A stretch of 64,000 bases of DNA from Microthyrium microscopicum (Eukaryota): positions 4,017,119-4,081,118 of the forward strand of contig MU004230.1 in the NCBI GenBank assembly GCA_010405405.1. The letters are read 5' to 3'. The translations under genes were made by a program, and so were the position numbers. How positions within the stretch are numbered: the stretch's first letter is position 1; each line of letters begins with the position of its first letter. Below the pieces are notes generated by a model. It was not told where the DNA came from, searched no databases, and saw nothing but the letters and a program-made list of their open reading frames with translations. This document shows, one piece after another, positions 24,497-38,600 of this stretch.

Positions 24497-24900
24497 CTTT
24501 TGTATTCTTCTCTTCTTCTTCTCACCACTTGTTACATAGCTTCAGATACGAAATACATGCATTCCATCACATTACGTTGCACATTCAACACATCGAATCG
24601 ATTCTACATAACAACTGCAAGTTTCAGTGTAATTGGCTATTCACCTACCAGTAGCTGCTGCCTGGACGATTACCTGGTGTTATGGAAGCTCTTTCTCAAT
24701 GCTTGAAAGGGTCTTGACCAATGATCAAGTATATATCCTTTTATTGAGCAAGGAAGTTAGCAACTACAATTAGAGGTAAGATATTGGTGCATGAAATCAT
24801 TACCCAGAACTTGAATCCCCAGCCCATTGCAAATAAACCTCAGCCATCAACAGATGGTCATCCCTAACGCCCAGTGCTATGCATCGAATCCAGAATATGA

Positions 24901-26516
24901 TTACTGTAACCTCGATCGGACTCGTCGAGCATCTCCCAGTAACGACCCTGTCCCGCTGGCAGTTCTCTTCATTCCCACGCCTCCCATAGCCATACCCATG
25001 GCACTCGTTTGCCGGCTCATTGGCTCTGCTCCACCACCCGCATTGAAGCCCGCAGAAGAGCTTTGTGCGCTCATCGGAACACCGCCAAAGTTTGGATTCA
25101 GCGACGATAGCGCGTCGTGCGCATCAGGTCTGCGATGGCGCATGTCATATTGATATTCAACAGGTGGAACATAGTCTAGCGCTGAGCTATAAGCATTGCT
25201 AGGCATTTCACCTCTGAATACGGCCATATCGTGCTCAATCTCTGTTTGCGACAGGTTCTCAATCTTGGCCGCGCCATTGGCTTTCTGACCCTTGGTCGCG
25301 ATGAAGATTGATGGAAGAGCTGTTCCAAGAGGATTTTCGCGAATCGCAGCTGTAGCTAGTTCAGAGAGCGCGTTGCGAGTAACACCGCGAGTCTGATGAT
25401 AGGATTGGCTGACCGTTCGCTCCATGCCTGGTGGAACTGGAGTATTGTCATCGTCGGCATCTTCTGTTGCCAGAGTAGTGGCTCCATTCTCTCCGCCTAG
25501 ATCGCCATTTCGACTTCCGTGGTTCGACGTTTGGCGAAGCATGTGGTTGGTTGCGGCCACGGCAGAATTGTTGATGGCTAGGTTCAGCTCGTTTTCCGTG
25601 AACAGCTGGTTGAAAGAGTAAACTTTGGCATCAAATTGATTGTAGATTGCCTTTGATTTTGCGCTGTTCCAGGTGGATGGCCCATCTGCATCATATCTGC
25701 TTGTTGGTGCTGGTGATTGACCTTCTGCATCTTCGCCAAAGTTCTTTCGTTTCCGTCTCTCATAGCTCATAGAGTCTTCTGGATCAGCACCACGACGGCC
25801 AGTATTTCTCGTTGCCCTCTTGTGCGCTCCACCAGGGCTGGCGGGATTTGTTAGGGTGAAATGGTTTGGATGCAAAAGCGAAGCATTGCTGTCCCCAATA
25901 TCAAGCTGCTCTTTTTCCTTCAACAGCCGTTCTTTCTTCTTTGTGACAGTAGTAATGAGACGCTGACGAAGTGTTTGCGCCAAATATTTGTGTTCTTCTT
26001 TCGCGACTTGCGTATGGAAGGCATGGCGTTGAACGAGCTCTCGGCGAGTATTCTGATATTTGTCCTAGAAAGTGTTAGCTCGAGGTCAGATACAAGGCTG
26101 TGCGATCACTGTACCGCTAAAAGAGTAAGGTTTGTATCCTTTTCCTCCATTGCACTGTTGACTTGATTTACGAAAGCTGAATACTCCCGCCCAACATCAT
26201 GTTGAAAAGCAGCCTCCGTAACAGGATCAGCCATAGGTCTTGCACTCGTAATGTCGCTGATCTTTCGGCGGATCACTTCATTGTCCTCATCAAGTGGTTG
26301 GTTCTGGTATGGGTTTTCGCGCATGATGAGCATCATGTCCACCTGTAGAGCATTCGACTGGCCCTCATAGTGAGGACGCAGATTATACCCAAACTGGTCA
26401 ATCATTTGTTGAAGGCGTTCGGAAAGCATGTTTCTTCGTTTGTCTCGTTTTGAAATTACTGGTGGTGGAGGAGATCCTAAAAGACCATCTGCAACAGAAG
26501 GACTTGCGCGCGCCAT
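24901..26516 (-). CDS. Sds3-like Sin3/Rpd3 histone deacetylase complex subunit
   Basis: SKRDKRRNMLSERL, LQVDM.LI, EEKD.NLTLL, TLRQRLI...KKERLLKEKEQLDI.DSN..LLHPN.F...NPASPGG. Intron 26065-26114. Confidence 0.82.
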
Positions 26517-26690
26517 CTTGGCCGAGATCGGGCGCAGGATAGGTGAATGTTCACGCTAATGTAATATTGAGAGGATCTGGTATTGTATAGGCTGGAAAGG
26601 GAAGCAGCGGTTGCTTGAGCGGGTAGGAGCAGACTGGCAGAAGGAAGGAACAGCTCGAATGTCGGAATACGGAAAGCACCACTTGAAGAG

Positions 26691-26713
26691 TTGCACTTGC
26701 ACTTGCACTTGCA
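26691..26713. repeat. (TTGCAC)n hexamer microsatellite upstream of the Sds3-like gene
   Basis: ttgcacttgcacttgcacttgca. Confidence 0.7.
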
Positions 26714-26852
26714 GGGCTGGGAAGGAGGGACTCACGTGCTAAATGCCGGTGATAGCTTCGAGCTAGTTAATGCCGACGCTAGACATCGTGATCTTATCTA
26801 CCGATAATCATTCCTTACTAACTTCATTAGCAATCGTGTCCATATATTTTGT

Positions 26853-27004
26853 TGTTGTAATAAAGAATATGCTAAGGGATTAGATAATCGTAGGACCTAA
26901 TTAGGAATAATATAATCCCTTAATTAGCGTGTCTTAAAAACTATATTAGGCTCTTAAACTTCTATAGTAATTAACTACGCTTTATTTCTTATATTTATAT
27001 AATA
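26853..27004 (+). repeat. 5' LTR of element 1
   Basis: Aligns over 152 bp with 50804-50955, differing mostly by C>T/G>A. Followed by tctagtagt, compatible with a RIP-mutated TGGTAG primer-binding site. Confidence 0.92.
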
Positions 27005-30000
27005 TCTAGTAGTAATAATTTAATTTAATTAAGACTTCTAAATAATAAATCTTTTATAGGAATTCCTAGATTTATTTTATTATTAATAATTACTTAGGAT
27101 TAATATTTAGTAAGATATACTCTAAGAATACTATTTCTTAATTAGCTAGCCTTATTATAGCCTAATACTTAGTAACTATATATTAGGAAATAATTCTTAG
27201 GATTTACGTATAATAATATTTCTTATTATAATATATCTTAAAAATATCTTAAATTATTTTTAATTTAAACTACTACTTTAAGGATTATTAAATATATTAT
27301 AAAAATTATCTCTCTTATAATAATACTCTTTTTATTCTTACTAACCTTTATTATATTAATTACGTAGCTATTAGATAAAATATAAGAACTTTTTCTTAGA
27401 AAATTCCTTAAGATAATATTATAGAAACTTTACTATATAAATTAAAGCTAATAAATAATAATATAAACTCTTAGCTTTAGGTTATTTTAAGAAATTAGAT
27501 TAAGATTATATCTATACTAAGGAAGTATAAAAATTTATTTTAGAATAATTTCTTAACTTTAGATTCTATTTAACTAACTTTAATATAGAAACTTCTAAAC
27601 TTTAAGACTCTTTCTTTACTTTACTAAAATTATACTCTTTATTAAAACTATTACTCCTCTTTACTAAAATAAATAACTAGTATAATAATATTATAGCCTA
27701 AACTATAAAATAAAATACTTAGTAGGTATAATATTAAGCTTAAGTTATTAATCTAGATTCTTAAAATAAGTAATTTACTTTTATATTACTAAATAACCTT
27801 CTTAGTATACTAAATCCTAGTCTTAACCTTATAACTTAAATTACTAATATTTAGTAATTAGGGCCCTAAGCCTTAAACTATTCTACTAATATATAGTAAG
27901 TTAATTTTTAAACTATTAACTATTTTTCTACTAAATTATAAACTTCTTTCTAAGCTTAGAACTATATTCTTAAGGAACTTAACTATATTCCTTAGACTTA
28001 TAATTAAACTTTTTAATATAATAATAATAAAAATTAGTAATTTATAAATAGACCTATTCTTTTTTAAAAAGCGTTATTTTACTTTACTATTAATAAGTAA
28101 ATTAAATAAGATTATAGCTTTAAACTTATAAAAGATGTTTAATATACTTAATAGTAAGAAATAATAAATTATATTACTAAATTAACTTTTTACTTTAATA
28201 TAAGTAAGTTTACTCTATATACTTAAGATTATTAAATAAATAAAATTAAGGCTTATACTTAAATTTAGATATTAACTTAGAAAACTTTATAAATAAGTAT
28301 TATTTATTTAAACCTTATAAAAAAACTAAGTAAGAAGTTAAATAAGATTATTAAATTATTCTTTTAAACTTTTAGTTCTTAAAAACTTATTAAGATAATA
28401 AAGAATATTCTTTAAAAATAGAGATAATATTTAACTAAGTTTAAGATACTTTTTAATAGTTTATTTTCTAGAAAACTAAGTAAGTATAATACTTAGACTA
28501 AGAGTCTTCTTTATATTTTTAAGGCTAGTAAGAATATTCTTTTATTAAATTCTACTCTACTTAAGTAGTAAAAAATTACTAAAATTAAAGAATATTTTCC
28601 TATTAAATAATATCTCTTATAAGCTAACTTAATCTAATAATAGGCTATAAAAGAGTTTAAAATACTTAAAAGTTTATCTTACTTCTTTATTTACTTTTAA
28701 CTTATATTTAGTATTAAAAAAGATATACTTAAAGTTAGTATTTAGTAGAATTATATATTATAAGTTTTATTTACTAAGAAATTTATTTATTATCTTTATA
28801 TCTTATAAACTTAAATAAATTTTATACCTACTAATTATAAAATAGGTATCTAAATCTAAGAAAGCTTTAAAGAATAAATTACTTTTAAAACTAAGTATAA
28901 ATATAATACTATTTCTAATCTTATAGTTAATATTTTAGCCTTTAAATAAAAAATTATTAAATATAATATAGACTTTTATAAGAATATATATAATACTTAT
29001 AGCGCTTATAGGCTAGAGTAACTTAATAAGATTTTCTTTAATTTTAAGAAAAATAAAAAGTTTACTTTAGATACTAATTTTAAGAAATATTTTAAAAGAG
29101 TTAATAATAATAGCTATACTAATAATAAGCTTAAGTTAAATAATAAAAATTTAGAATAGCTTAATACTATAAATAGCTATAGTTATTATCCTAAAGAATA
29201 ATATAATACTTAACGTTCTAAGAAATTTAATTCTAATAAAAAGTTATAACTCTTTTATAAAAAGGACTTTAAAGATAGAAAAGCTCTTATAAATAACTCT
29301 AAACTTAAGTACTAGAATTATAGTAAACTTAGCTACTATATTATAAATTATAAAAAGCTTAACTAGTAATAATAAAGTTTAAAAAACTACTATTACTAAA
29401 AGATAAATAAGAATTTTCTAACTTAGAACTAGAATATTCTACTTATCTATATAATAACTAATAAGCTTTCTTTAACTATATAAGTAGATATAGTAATACT
29501 TTTTTATATTTACCTATTTACTTATATTATAAAAATTATTCTATTAAGACTATAATTCTTTTAGACTTAGAAGCTAATTCTATTTATATTAATTAAAAGA
29601 TTATTAAGAAACTTAAAGCTTTTATAATACTTATTTTAGAAAAAGAAGTTACTCTTATAGATAGCTATATAGTTATAACTTTCTTTAAGATTTACTTACT
29701 TTATTATATTAAGACCTTTTATAGTTATTTTAAGGCTTATATTCTAAATATTCTTAATCTTAATATTATTTTTAAACTCTTATAGTTTTAGTTATATAAT
29801 TTATAGATTAATTAGATAATAGAGCAAATTAAGCTTATAAAGTAATACTTAAGAAGCTTATATATTTATAAACTTACTATAAGACGCTAAGTAGAGCTTT
29901 TTTAGAATAAGGAAAGCTATCTAAAATAAATAGAATAGTTTATAGCTAGCTTTCTCTACATAATTTTTTAAATACTTTAAAATAAAGTAAAAAGAGTAAA

Positions 30001-33000
30001 AAATAAAGTTAAAAGCGTTTTTTAATTAATTAGAAGAATATAGAAATAGCTTAATATCTTCTTAATAACTAATAACCTTAATATTAATAAACTTACTCTA
30101 AAAGATAAAGGTTTATAAAAATTTTTAAATAATTACTATAGGTCCTTTTATTATATTTTTCTTAAATTCTTACTATATTCTAAGTTTAATTATAAAATTT
30201 TTACTAAAAATGCTTCTCTTTATAATTAAGCTTATTATTAAATATCTAGCCTATAATTAAAAGAGTAGAAAAAGTAGATTTAGAAACTACTTATTAAAGA
30301 ACTTATTAAAGTTTTAAAAAGTTCTTAAGGTTTCTTTATCTTATTTATACTAAAGCTAGAAGGAAAATAAAGAATATATATTAACTATTATTTACTTAAT
30401 ATAGTTATATATAAGGATACTTATTCTTTATTATAAATTAATAAGTATTTTAATACTATTAGTAGAGTAAGATTCTTCTCTAAGCTTAATCTCTTATTAA
30501 GCTATTAGTAAGTCTATATAGTAGAAAAAGATATTAAGAAAATAGCTTTTAATACTAAGTCTAGAAAGTATAAGTTTCTTATTATATCTTTTAGATTAAT
30601 AAATATACTATTATTCTTTTAGTATATAATAAATATTCTTTTTTAACTTTTTCTATTAACTTATATAGTTATTTACTTAAATAATATTATTATTTACTTA
30701 GATACTATAAAAGAATATTATAAGTATATTACTTAGATTCTAAAGATTCTTTAAGATAATAAGCTCTATACTTATTTTAATAAATATATCTTTAGAATTA
30801 AGAAAATTAAATTTTATAGCTATAAAGTAAGAGGTTAATAAATTTAATCTTTATATAAAAAGACTATCTTAATTAAGTTCTAGCCTATACTTAAGAATAT
30901 ATATAAAATATATTAATTTCTTAGTTTTACTTTATACTATTAATAATATATTAAGAACTTTATTAAGATTACTATTCTTATTTTTAACCTTTTAAAGAAG
31001 GCTAATCTAGATATTAAGAAGAAAAAGTACTACCTTATTACTTAGACTTATTAATATACTATAGCTTTTAATAGAATTAAGACTTTATTAATCTTATTAC
31101 TTATTTTAGTAGTATATAATTTATAAAAGCCTATAAAGCTTTAGATAAATACTTTAGATTATATAATTAGCTATAAGCTAGTATAAGAAAATAATTAGAG
31201 TAAATAGTACTTAGTTACCTTTAATAGCTATAAGCTAAGTAAAGCTAAACTAAATTATTTAATATATAAGAAAGAGCTTCTTATAGTTAAAAATATAATT
31301 AGAAGATACTAATACTATTTTTTAAAGAAAACTACTAAAGTAATTATAAATTATAATAACTTATAGTATATAAATATAATTAAGAATAATACTTAATATA
31401 TTATTTAATAAATTAAAGAGTTCTAAGAATTTAATTTTATCTTTATATATTATAAAGGTTTCTAAGTAGTAATTCTTAATACTCTTAGTTATTACTTAAA
31501 CTTTTAAGAAAAATAAATTAATACTATTTAGGAAATAGAGCCTAAAGATAATAATAATAACTTATCTTTTAAAGCGTAAGTTACTCTATTAGAATTCTTA
31601 TAAAAGTAAGAAGAATAAAAAGTTCTTTATATATAGAGCTTATAAAAAGTATTAAAAAAGAAAGATTATACTATCTCTATTAGTATATAGAAAAGGCTTT
31701 AAAAATATATTCTTAATTATTTTTAGATTAACTTTAATAATAATATTAAAAGAAAATATAGATATTTATTCTTAAAAAAAGATTCTACTAAAACTAAGAT
31801 ATTTACTAATTTATTTTATATTTACTTTCTCTATTACTAAGACCTTATTAAGAAAGTATATAATTAATATAAGTACTTATTATATATAAGCTTTACTAAT
31901 ATCCTTAAATTAAAAGGTTAATAGCTAGAAATAAAAGCTAACTTCTAAAAATTTATTAAGTTTTATTCTATATATTAAGTTTAATAGATAAATTAAAGTA
32001 AGCCTAAATATAAGTCTTATTATTAAGTATAAAACTTATAGCTATTTAAGGCTTAAAGAATTAACTTAATTAATAAACTTTTATAGAGTCTTTTTAAGAA
32101 TTAGTATATTATCTATATAATTAACTATACTATAGAATAACTTATTATAAAAGTAATACTAAATACTACTATTTCTATAGTTATAGAATTTATTTATAAA
32201 AAATTTATTTTAGAATATAGTCCTCTTTAATTATTAACTTTAAATAATAGACTTTAATTTATTTTAAACATAATTCTATTCTTATTATAATAAATAAAGA
32301 CTAAGTACTACTTAATAGCTCTATATAATTCTTAGTTTAATAAGAAAGTTAAGAAATTTAATAGCCTATTAGGTATATTTCTAATTAAGTTCTTAAAAAG
32401 AAAACTTATAGCTAGTTAGGATTTATATCTAGATTAAGTAGTTTATACTACTAAGATATAAGCTTATACTATATTAGAAATATCTTTCTTCTTTCTTATT
32501 TATAAAAGAGATTCTAAAGACTTTAAAATAAGCTAAGTAAAGAAAGATAAATAGGCTAAATTAACTAGTACTATACTTCTTATCTATATAATTATTAAAA
32601 ATTACTTAAAGAAAGTTAAAACTATTAAGTAAGTCTATTATAACGCTTTATTAAAATAAGCTATAACCTTAAACCTTATTAATAATAATATAATTTTAAA
32701 AGAGGACTTTATTATTAAGTTCTTTATAAGTTCTTATATACTTCTTAAAAACTTAAATAAAACTAAGTTCTAAGTAGTATAGTTTAGCTCTTATAAAGTC
32801 TTAAAGGCTTATCTTTTAGAAATATATATTCTTAAAATACTTAATAGAAGAGTACTTAGAAACTTTATTTATGAAAATTACCTTATATAAGTATATATAT
32901 AAAAAGAAAATAAATATTATTATTAGAATTAGCTATACTCTAAGTATAAGTAACTAAATAAAGATAACCTTAAAGGCGTTTTAAATAAAGAGTATAGAAG

Positions 33001-33299
33001 TAAAATAAATATATCTATTATAACTAAAAAAAACTAGCTTAATAGATTAAGAAATTTTTTAATAGAGTTAATTAATATTAAGAAGTCTAGTATTAGGAGA
33101 TATTACTTAAGTTTACCTACTATTTCTTTTAATTTTATAAAAAAAGTTTAGAAAGCTAAAGTAAGTATTTATAGATAAGAAAAGAAACGTTTCGTAGTAA
33201 TTATTTATAATTTAAGTAGTAACTTAAAGACTTCTATAGTATTAAAATATATTCTTCTTAATCTAATTTTAGTTTTAGTATAAAGTAATTTAAAGTAGA

Positions 33300-33502
33300 T
33301 ATTACGAATCCTCTCCGTTAAGATCTCTTTATAAGATCTCTAGTATCTCTATTACGTAATGCTAAGGGCTTAGCACCTAAGGTTTAGCTAGCATAGAGCT
33401 TATCTCCTACTAGCCCTAATCCCTCTTCTAGATTCTTTATCTTAGTTTTTTTAAATTATATCTATATCTAGATTGTATCCTTGTATCTATAGCTCCCTAA
33501 TA
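33300..33502 (+). repeat. 5' LTR of element 2
   Basis: Aligns over 203 bp with 47598-47800, differing mostly by transitions. Confidence 0.92.
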
Positions 33503-35639
33503 TAAAACTAAGACTACTCTAATATTTAAAAACCTATTTTTAAAACGTGCCTACTAATATTACAAGATTTAATAGTTTACGCGTCTAAAATCTACTATTC
33601 TATATAAAAACTAGGTTTTAAGACCTATAAGAATAATAACCCTATTAGCGTAGAGATTTATATATAAGGACTAAATAGATCTATAAGTATAGACTAATTA
33701 GTAATTAAGGAGAAAATCTTAGCGTCTTCTACCTTATATTTACTAGACCTATAGTAATAGCTTTGTCCTATACCTATATCTCCTCCTATATACTTAAATT
33801 AATAGTAATAAACCTAAACTAAGAATTACTTTTAATTAAAACGCCTAAACCCTTTTCTAAACTTACTACTCTAATAAAGTAAATTATTTAGAAGACCTTA
33901 GCTAAACTCTATATACTAGTGCTACTTACTCGTTATTATATAATACTAACCCTATAGACTATATCTAGCAAACTAATTAGTAGTCCCTAGTTAAAGATAT
34001 GCTTATAATCTAAAATTTAATAGCTTTAAGAGACTTAATCTACTATGTAGTAGTTAAATACTAACGACCTTAATAGCGATAATAATATACTTATACTACC
34101 TCGTAGCTATAGCTAGCGCTGTTCTTTTATCTATTTCTACTACCCTTCTCTAGCCTAAGTCTTAATTCTATTAAATGTTATTAAATAAATTAAAAATAGT
34201 GCTTAAGGTATATTTAAAAAGGATAAAGGTAAGAAAGCAGTACGTTATAATATATAACTATATTTACTAGACTAAGATTAGATTAATTAGATTGCCCTTA
34301 AAGGTTAATTCTTATAATACTTTGTAATATATATTAGTATTACTCTATAAAATTAAACCTATATTATCTTTATATACCTTATATAAGACTAAGTAGCATT
34401 CTAAGTATAAGAGTCTTTAAACCTAAAAGGAAAAATTAAACTTATACTTATTAACTTTATTATACTTTATTATATTTAAAACAAAATAGAGCTAAAGGTT
34501 ATTAAAGATAGAATAAGCTTTGTTTATAGCGTAAGCTTTTATGCTAATACTTAGTTTAAGTAATTCTATAACTATATTAAATCTATCTAAGCTATAAGTA
34601 TTACTTTTAAAGCTATATATATTAACTTAGTAAATTTATTAAAAGAATACTAATATATATATAAATCTTATTTATTATCTTTTAGCTACGCTAATAGGCT
34701 ATATAGATGCTACTCTTACTTTTAGAAAAACCCCTATAGAGAAAACCTATAGTATTCCTTTAGTTGCCTTTTAGTAGCCTTATTCTATTATTATTATAAT
34801 ATCCTCTTAATTTACTACTTCTAAATAAAAGGACTTATATTATCTCTCTATAAACTATAAGCCTATTAAAGGAATTCTAGTTAGTAGATTAATATAGTAA
34901 GTAACTAGTAGTTGCTAACTATTAAGAGCTCTATATAGCTTAAATATACTATATATTATATAGATTCTATGCTATATACTAAAATCTTAATCCTTAATAC
35001 TATTCTTATTATTAGTTTCCCTTTTAGAGCTTATTTATTACTTAATTACTTAAAGCTATAGCGTCTCCTAAAATAGGTTAGATCTAGCTTCTTAGCGCCT
35101 ATTTCTATTTAGTATTACCTTATTATTAAGTTTTACTATTATAGTTTAATAAGTTTTTATTAATCTTTCTCTTCTTAAAGGCTTATAGCTATTATCCTTA
35201 TATAGTTAACTTTCTATATAGTTTTATAATAAGTATATATAATACATATTTCTAAGTTTTTATAATTAATTTTTACTCTTAATAGGCTTTAATATTACTA
35301 TAGCCTTTAGCTATATTAAGCCCTCTTTTTTAATATCTATTAAGTAGAGTATCTATAATACTCTTTAACTAAGTTTTCTTTATTAATCTATACTCTTTAA
35401 TACTATATAATAGGCTATTAAATAGCTACTTCTAAGTTTTTAATAATCTATATAATCTACCTTTAAGATATAAAATATTTTAAATCTACGTAGTTTTAGT
35501 TATTTCTTCCTCTCTAAGTTTCTATTATATTTCCTACTCTTCTTAATTCCTCTTCTAAGAATAAGTTCTTTATAGGCTTTCCTCTCTTTTCTTTCTCTTA
35601 CTTTTAGGTACTTAATAAATATTTTATACTTATAAGCAT

Positions 35640-38600
35640 TTTTTTTCTATCGTCTCTAAAGAAAGTAAAAACTACTCTATTTATAAATATTAAAAATACT
35701 ACTTTATTTTTAAATATAAAATTAGCTAGTTCTATCTTAGTTTTTATTATAAGTCTTTTAGTATTCTTTTATATATAGTATTAACTATTATAATATAGAC
35801 TATATATATCTTTAATATAAGAATTTATCTACGCTATCTTTAAGTATTATACTATTATATAGAGTTACTTAATAGTAAGTATTTAGTTAGTCTTAATATA
35901 TTTATTATAGTAATTACTTATATTTATAGTTAGGCTAACTCTAGCTAGCGTTCTTACTTTTATTATAAAGAGTAACGTTCTAAGTATAAGGCTATAAGTA
36001 TATCTTTATTCTTAATCTTCTACCTTTTTTAATATTATAATAAGGTATTAGTAAAGTTAAAGAAGTAAAGTAAGTACTTTTAATACGTCTTTAATAAGAT
36101 AATAGCTAACTTAGTTAACTCTTATTAAGATATTAAGAAGTACGTATTATTAAGTATAAATAAAAAGGCTACTAAGTAAATAAAGATTATAAAGAGTTTA
36201 GTAAGTAAGTTTGCTAGCTATAAGGCTTAGTTTACTTTTACTATAACCTTACTAACGTAATAAAAGAAGAAGAAGCTAAAGATTAATATAGCTATGCTAG
36301 CTACTAATTTAGCTTACTTATAAGCTATTTTACTAAAGCTTTATACTTAAAGTATAAAGATAGATTTATTAATAAAGATATTCTAATTATTAAGTAGGGT
36401 AGTATTATTATTTAATAAAGAGTAGTAGATAAATATAGAATAAAATTAATTATATTCTTAGACTTAGCTATTTCTTTTATAATTATATATTACTAGCCTA
36501 TTAATACTATAGTATTATAGTTAATTATTTATAGGATCCTTAAGTCTTAGTAGTTTTTTATATATCTTAAGGTTTATTTCTATAATTTTTTTAGTTAGCC
36601 TAAATTACTAAAGAGCTTTACTCTTTAGTAGCTATCTAGCTACTACCTAAGTATCCCTTAGATTAGAGAATATATAAGCTTTATTTAGTATTATTACTTA
36701 TTCTAGTAATCTTTCTCTATAATATTATAAATAGTTTAGTAATATATAATAAACTATTTATTACTAGTAACTATATAAATACTATAATAGAGAGATTATT
36801 AGTACCTATATGCTATATAGCTAGTTATTAAGTCTAATAACTTTTAATTATATAAGGAAGAGCGCTATTACTTATACTTTATTAAGACTATTATAAAGCT
36901 TAATTAGTTAGTTACTTTATAACGTTCTTTACGTTATAATAGTATATTACTACGTCCTTATAAGCTATACTTAAGTATTTATTTAGAGCTTATAATAATA
37001 TATCCTAATTAAAGATATCTCTAGCTCTAATTTAGTTTTTACTTTTTTCTTTTTTTATAGCGTACTATCTATTAGTTATATTACTTATTTATAATTAGTA
37101 TTTTACTTCTACTTTATTTTTAATCTCTTCTTTTATTACTTTAGTACGTTAACTTCTTAAGCTATAACCTTAGTTATGTATATCTATACTAGTTTAAGTA
37201 TTACTAGGCTTCTTAGTTATTACTACTAAAAAGGTATTCTTTAATTTCTTAGGAGATTTATCTAGTATACTTTAGTAATAATTTTATTTATCTTTTATAT
37301 TACTATTAAGTCTTTATTCTTATTAGTATATTCCTCTATTAAAATTATAACATTTATCTAAAGTAGTTTAATCCTTATTTCCTTATTTAATAAAGTAATA
37401 AAAGTTCTTTAGTATCTTTCTATTATTTTATAAAGTATATTATTCTAAACTACTACTAATAATTTATAATAATTCTCTAGCACCTTAAAAGATAGTAATC
37501 CTAGACTTTATACTTATACTCTATATATAAAAGTTAGCTTAATAACTACTATATAAAGGAGCTTTATCTTTCTAAAGACTAGTCTCTATCCTAACTATAC
37601 TATTCTTAAAAGTACTATTACTTACTTAAATCCTTTAGTTCTAGTCTTTTTAATATAGTCTTTTTAGTTTATTCTTTTATTTATCTATATACTTAGTACC
37701 TTAATACTCTCTAGTATAAGCTTAATAAATATATTATCTACTATTATTATAAATTATAAGTCTACTTTTAAGTAGTAAATATTCTAAATAAAGTATATTA
37801 CTTAATACTTATTAAAGGCAAACTTTATATTATATTTATTTACTTAGTTAGCATATTTTTAGTAGGCCTCTTTTAGTCTTATATAGTTCTTTTAGATAGT
37901 ATTACCCTATATAACTAATATAATATTATCTATAAACCTAAATCTAAAAATATTATTACTTATATCTTAGAAGTATTCTAGTAGTTCTAATATAAAAAAG
38001 AGGAAGAGAATAAATAAAAGGAGAGATCTCTAGAGAATTTCTATATTAGTTATTATTACTAAGCTTTAATACTTAGTAAATATAATTTAGGTTATATAAT
38101 TAGTAGTAAAGCTTACTACTATATTAATTAGCTATTAAAAGACTCCCTTTATCTCTAAGATATAAAGGAGTCTCCTTAAATTAACGTTATTATACGCTCC
38201 TTAAAAGTTAAGGCTAAGTACTAATACTATAACTTTTACGTTTCTCTTTTATACTACCTTAATAGTACTTCTTAGAAGCTATACTATTATTAATATTCTA
38301 ACTACCCTACCCTAGCCTCTATCTAATTTTAAAATAATAGGTTATTATCTTTTATAAGTTAGGTAAGTCTATTAGTAATAATCTTTTTAACTAACTTCAC
38401 TATAATATTCTTAAGGACGATTAGTTAATAGGCTAATAGTAGTAAGTAATTTTTCTTACCTAGCTTTTTTAGTACTAATATATAGGATTACTTTAGGTAT
38501 TCTAAGATTATACTACTTATTAGTATTCTGCTAATTATAGGTACTAGTCTTTTACTTAATTTTATTAGTTTTAGATTATTACTCTCCTTTTTAGGCTATG

